Source of the DNA: Octopus sinensis
Lineage: Eukaryota
Assembly (NCBI RefSeq): GCF_006345805.1
Contig: NC_042999.1
Location: 43,958,001 to 44,022,000 of the forward strand
Length of the DNA: 64,000 nucleotides
Direction: 5' to 3'
Below the pieces are notes generated by a model that ran no database searches, was not told where the DNA came from, and was given only the letters and a program-made list of their open reading frames with translations. Positions 62,660 to 64,000 of this stretch are shown here, piece after piece. Numbering within the stretch: position 1 is the stretch's first letter; the number at the start of each line of letters is the position of its first letter. The position numbers and the translations under genes were made by a program.

Positions 62660-62870
62660 CCCTTTTGTTACTTTATTTATTTTGAGATGCTCTGTGTTTC
62701 TTTCAATTTTAAATACAACAAAGAATTTAGTAAAATAACTTAGTTATCATTAAGCTAGTGTTAGTAACATAAATTGTGACTTAAGGTTTGGTGGAAAATT
62801 TTAATTCGAAACTTATGAAAACAAGACTACAGAGCCAGAGGCAGTTTCAGCTGGGTTGGTATCAAAAGGG
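62660..62870. mobile_element. piggyBac-type MITE, family P1
   Basis: TTAA|CCCTTTTG ... CAAAAGGG|TTAA, 211 bp, starting 78 bp after the donor of exon 62414-62581. Confidence 0.85.
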
Positions 62871-64000
62871 TTAAACCTATTTGACAGATATTTTCTTTAC
62901 TCCATTGAGAAAACTTTTATGCAGTTTTTCAACATACTAGAAACAGTAACTAAATCTCCCTCATCACACCATGAATGAATGGGTATTTTCAACCACATGT
63001 TTGAGGGCTGGTAGGGACTCAGACACAACCATCACTCCTTGTGCCATACACTGTGATCTCATGTTGCAATCTTACTTTCTATTGGGCTCCTCCTTATCCA
63101 TTTCCTGATGTCATCATTCCATTTTGATCTATCTTGTCTTGCAGCCTGTTTTCCATCCACTCAACCTCTGAGGGAACAAGCAGGCACAGAGGTTCTGGGC
63201 CCAGATCTGACCATCATCAGAATATAGCAGTATGAAATGAAATGCTGCAAAATAAGGCATTTAGTCTTGTTTCATAGGGTTTTTGCCAATTTGCTTGGAG
63301 GAAGAGTGAATGAGAAAGGAATGTCCCCCTTGTGGAGGTGACATGACCCCAACCAGGTCCAAGGAGCACAAACCATTACTGTAGGGTGTGATTTAAAGGA
63401 GATTTAGTTGCTATGTTTAGCACATTGAGTGGCCATGCAGAGGCTCCTGCATTGGCTTATTATACATTGGATATCTATTCTGGCTATGATTTATAGCTCA
63501 AATCATTTACTTCAAAATCCACGGTTACAAAAAAAGAATTATTTCACATTCTGTCAAAGTTTGTAAATTCTTATTACATGAACAATATATCTATATCCAC
63601 ACATATAACAGCGAAACTAAATAATCTGAAAACAATATTGAAGTATTATTCTCTAAGGTTCTCACAAAAATTTAATTAAAAATTCATTTAACCCTTTTGT
63701 GACAGTATTTCTGATTATGTATATTGTTTCAATTTTTAAAATAATCAAAAATTTGGCAGTAAATTCTCTTTCTCTCATGCATGCACACACACACGTGTGC
63801 ACACAGAGTAAGACATCTTATTTTACTTTATTCCAAGACTGAATAATAATAATAGTAATAATAATAATGATGACGATGACCCTCCTCCTCCTCCTATACA
63901 GGACCTGAAATTTTTGGGGAGTGGGAGGGGTCAAGTCAAATACATTGAACCCAGTGTTCCACCGGTACTTAATTAATCAACCTTGACGGAATTTGAACTC

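Overview
AT-rich, repeat-dense eukaryotic DNA, almost certainly from an octopus. This is inferred from the recurring tRNA-derived SINE families, which match my recollection of the Octopus OK/OR1/OR2-type elements. One + strand protein-coding gene is supported. Its first coding exon is 41491-41959 (ATG at 41597 in a CACCATGG context). A 20.4-kb intron separates it from a second in-frame exon at 62414-62581. The product tentatively resembles a Klarsicht/AKAP6-like, spectrin-repeat-type protein. Candidate non-coding 5' exons or promoters lie near 28.0-28.9 kb and 38.6-39.0 kb. The rest is mostly mobile DNA: a decayed near-full-length piggyBac (46.2-48.5 kb), many ~220-bp TTAA-flanked piggyBac-type MITEs, hAT and Tc1/mariner MITEs, a non-autonomous Helitron, RTE- and CR1-type LINE relics, four SINE families (called A-D here) and microsatellites. 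The most unusual sequences are (i) a 200-bp tandem repeat carrying hammerhead-ribozyme core motifs (2.5-3.0 kb), (ii) a ~700-bp evolving tandem array packed with TGACGT CRE-like motifs (32.3-33.0 kb), and (iii) an exon layout that could give a splice-created uORF and a translatable single-exon circRNA. Repeat boundaries were read by eye and are approximate unless a TSD or TIR is quoted. No database searches were run.
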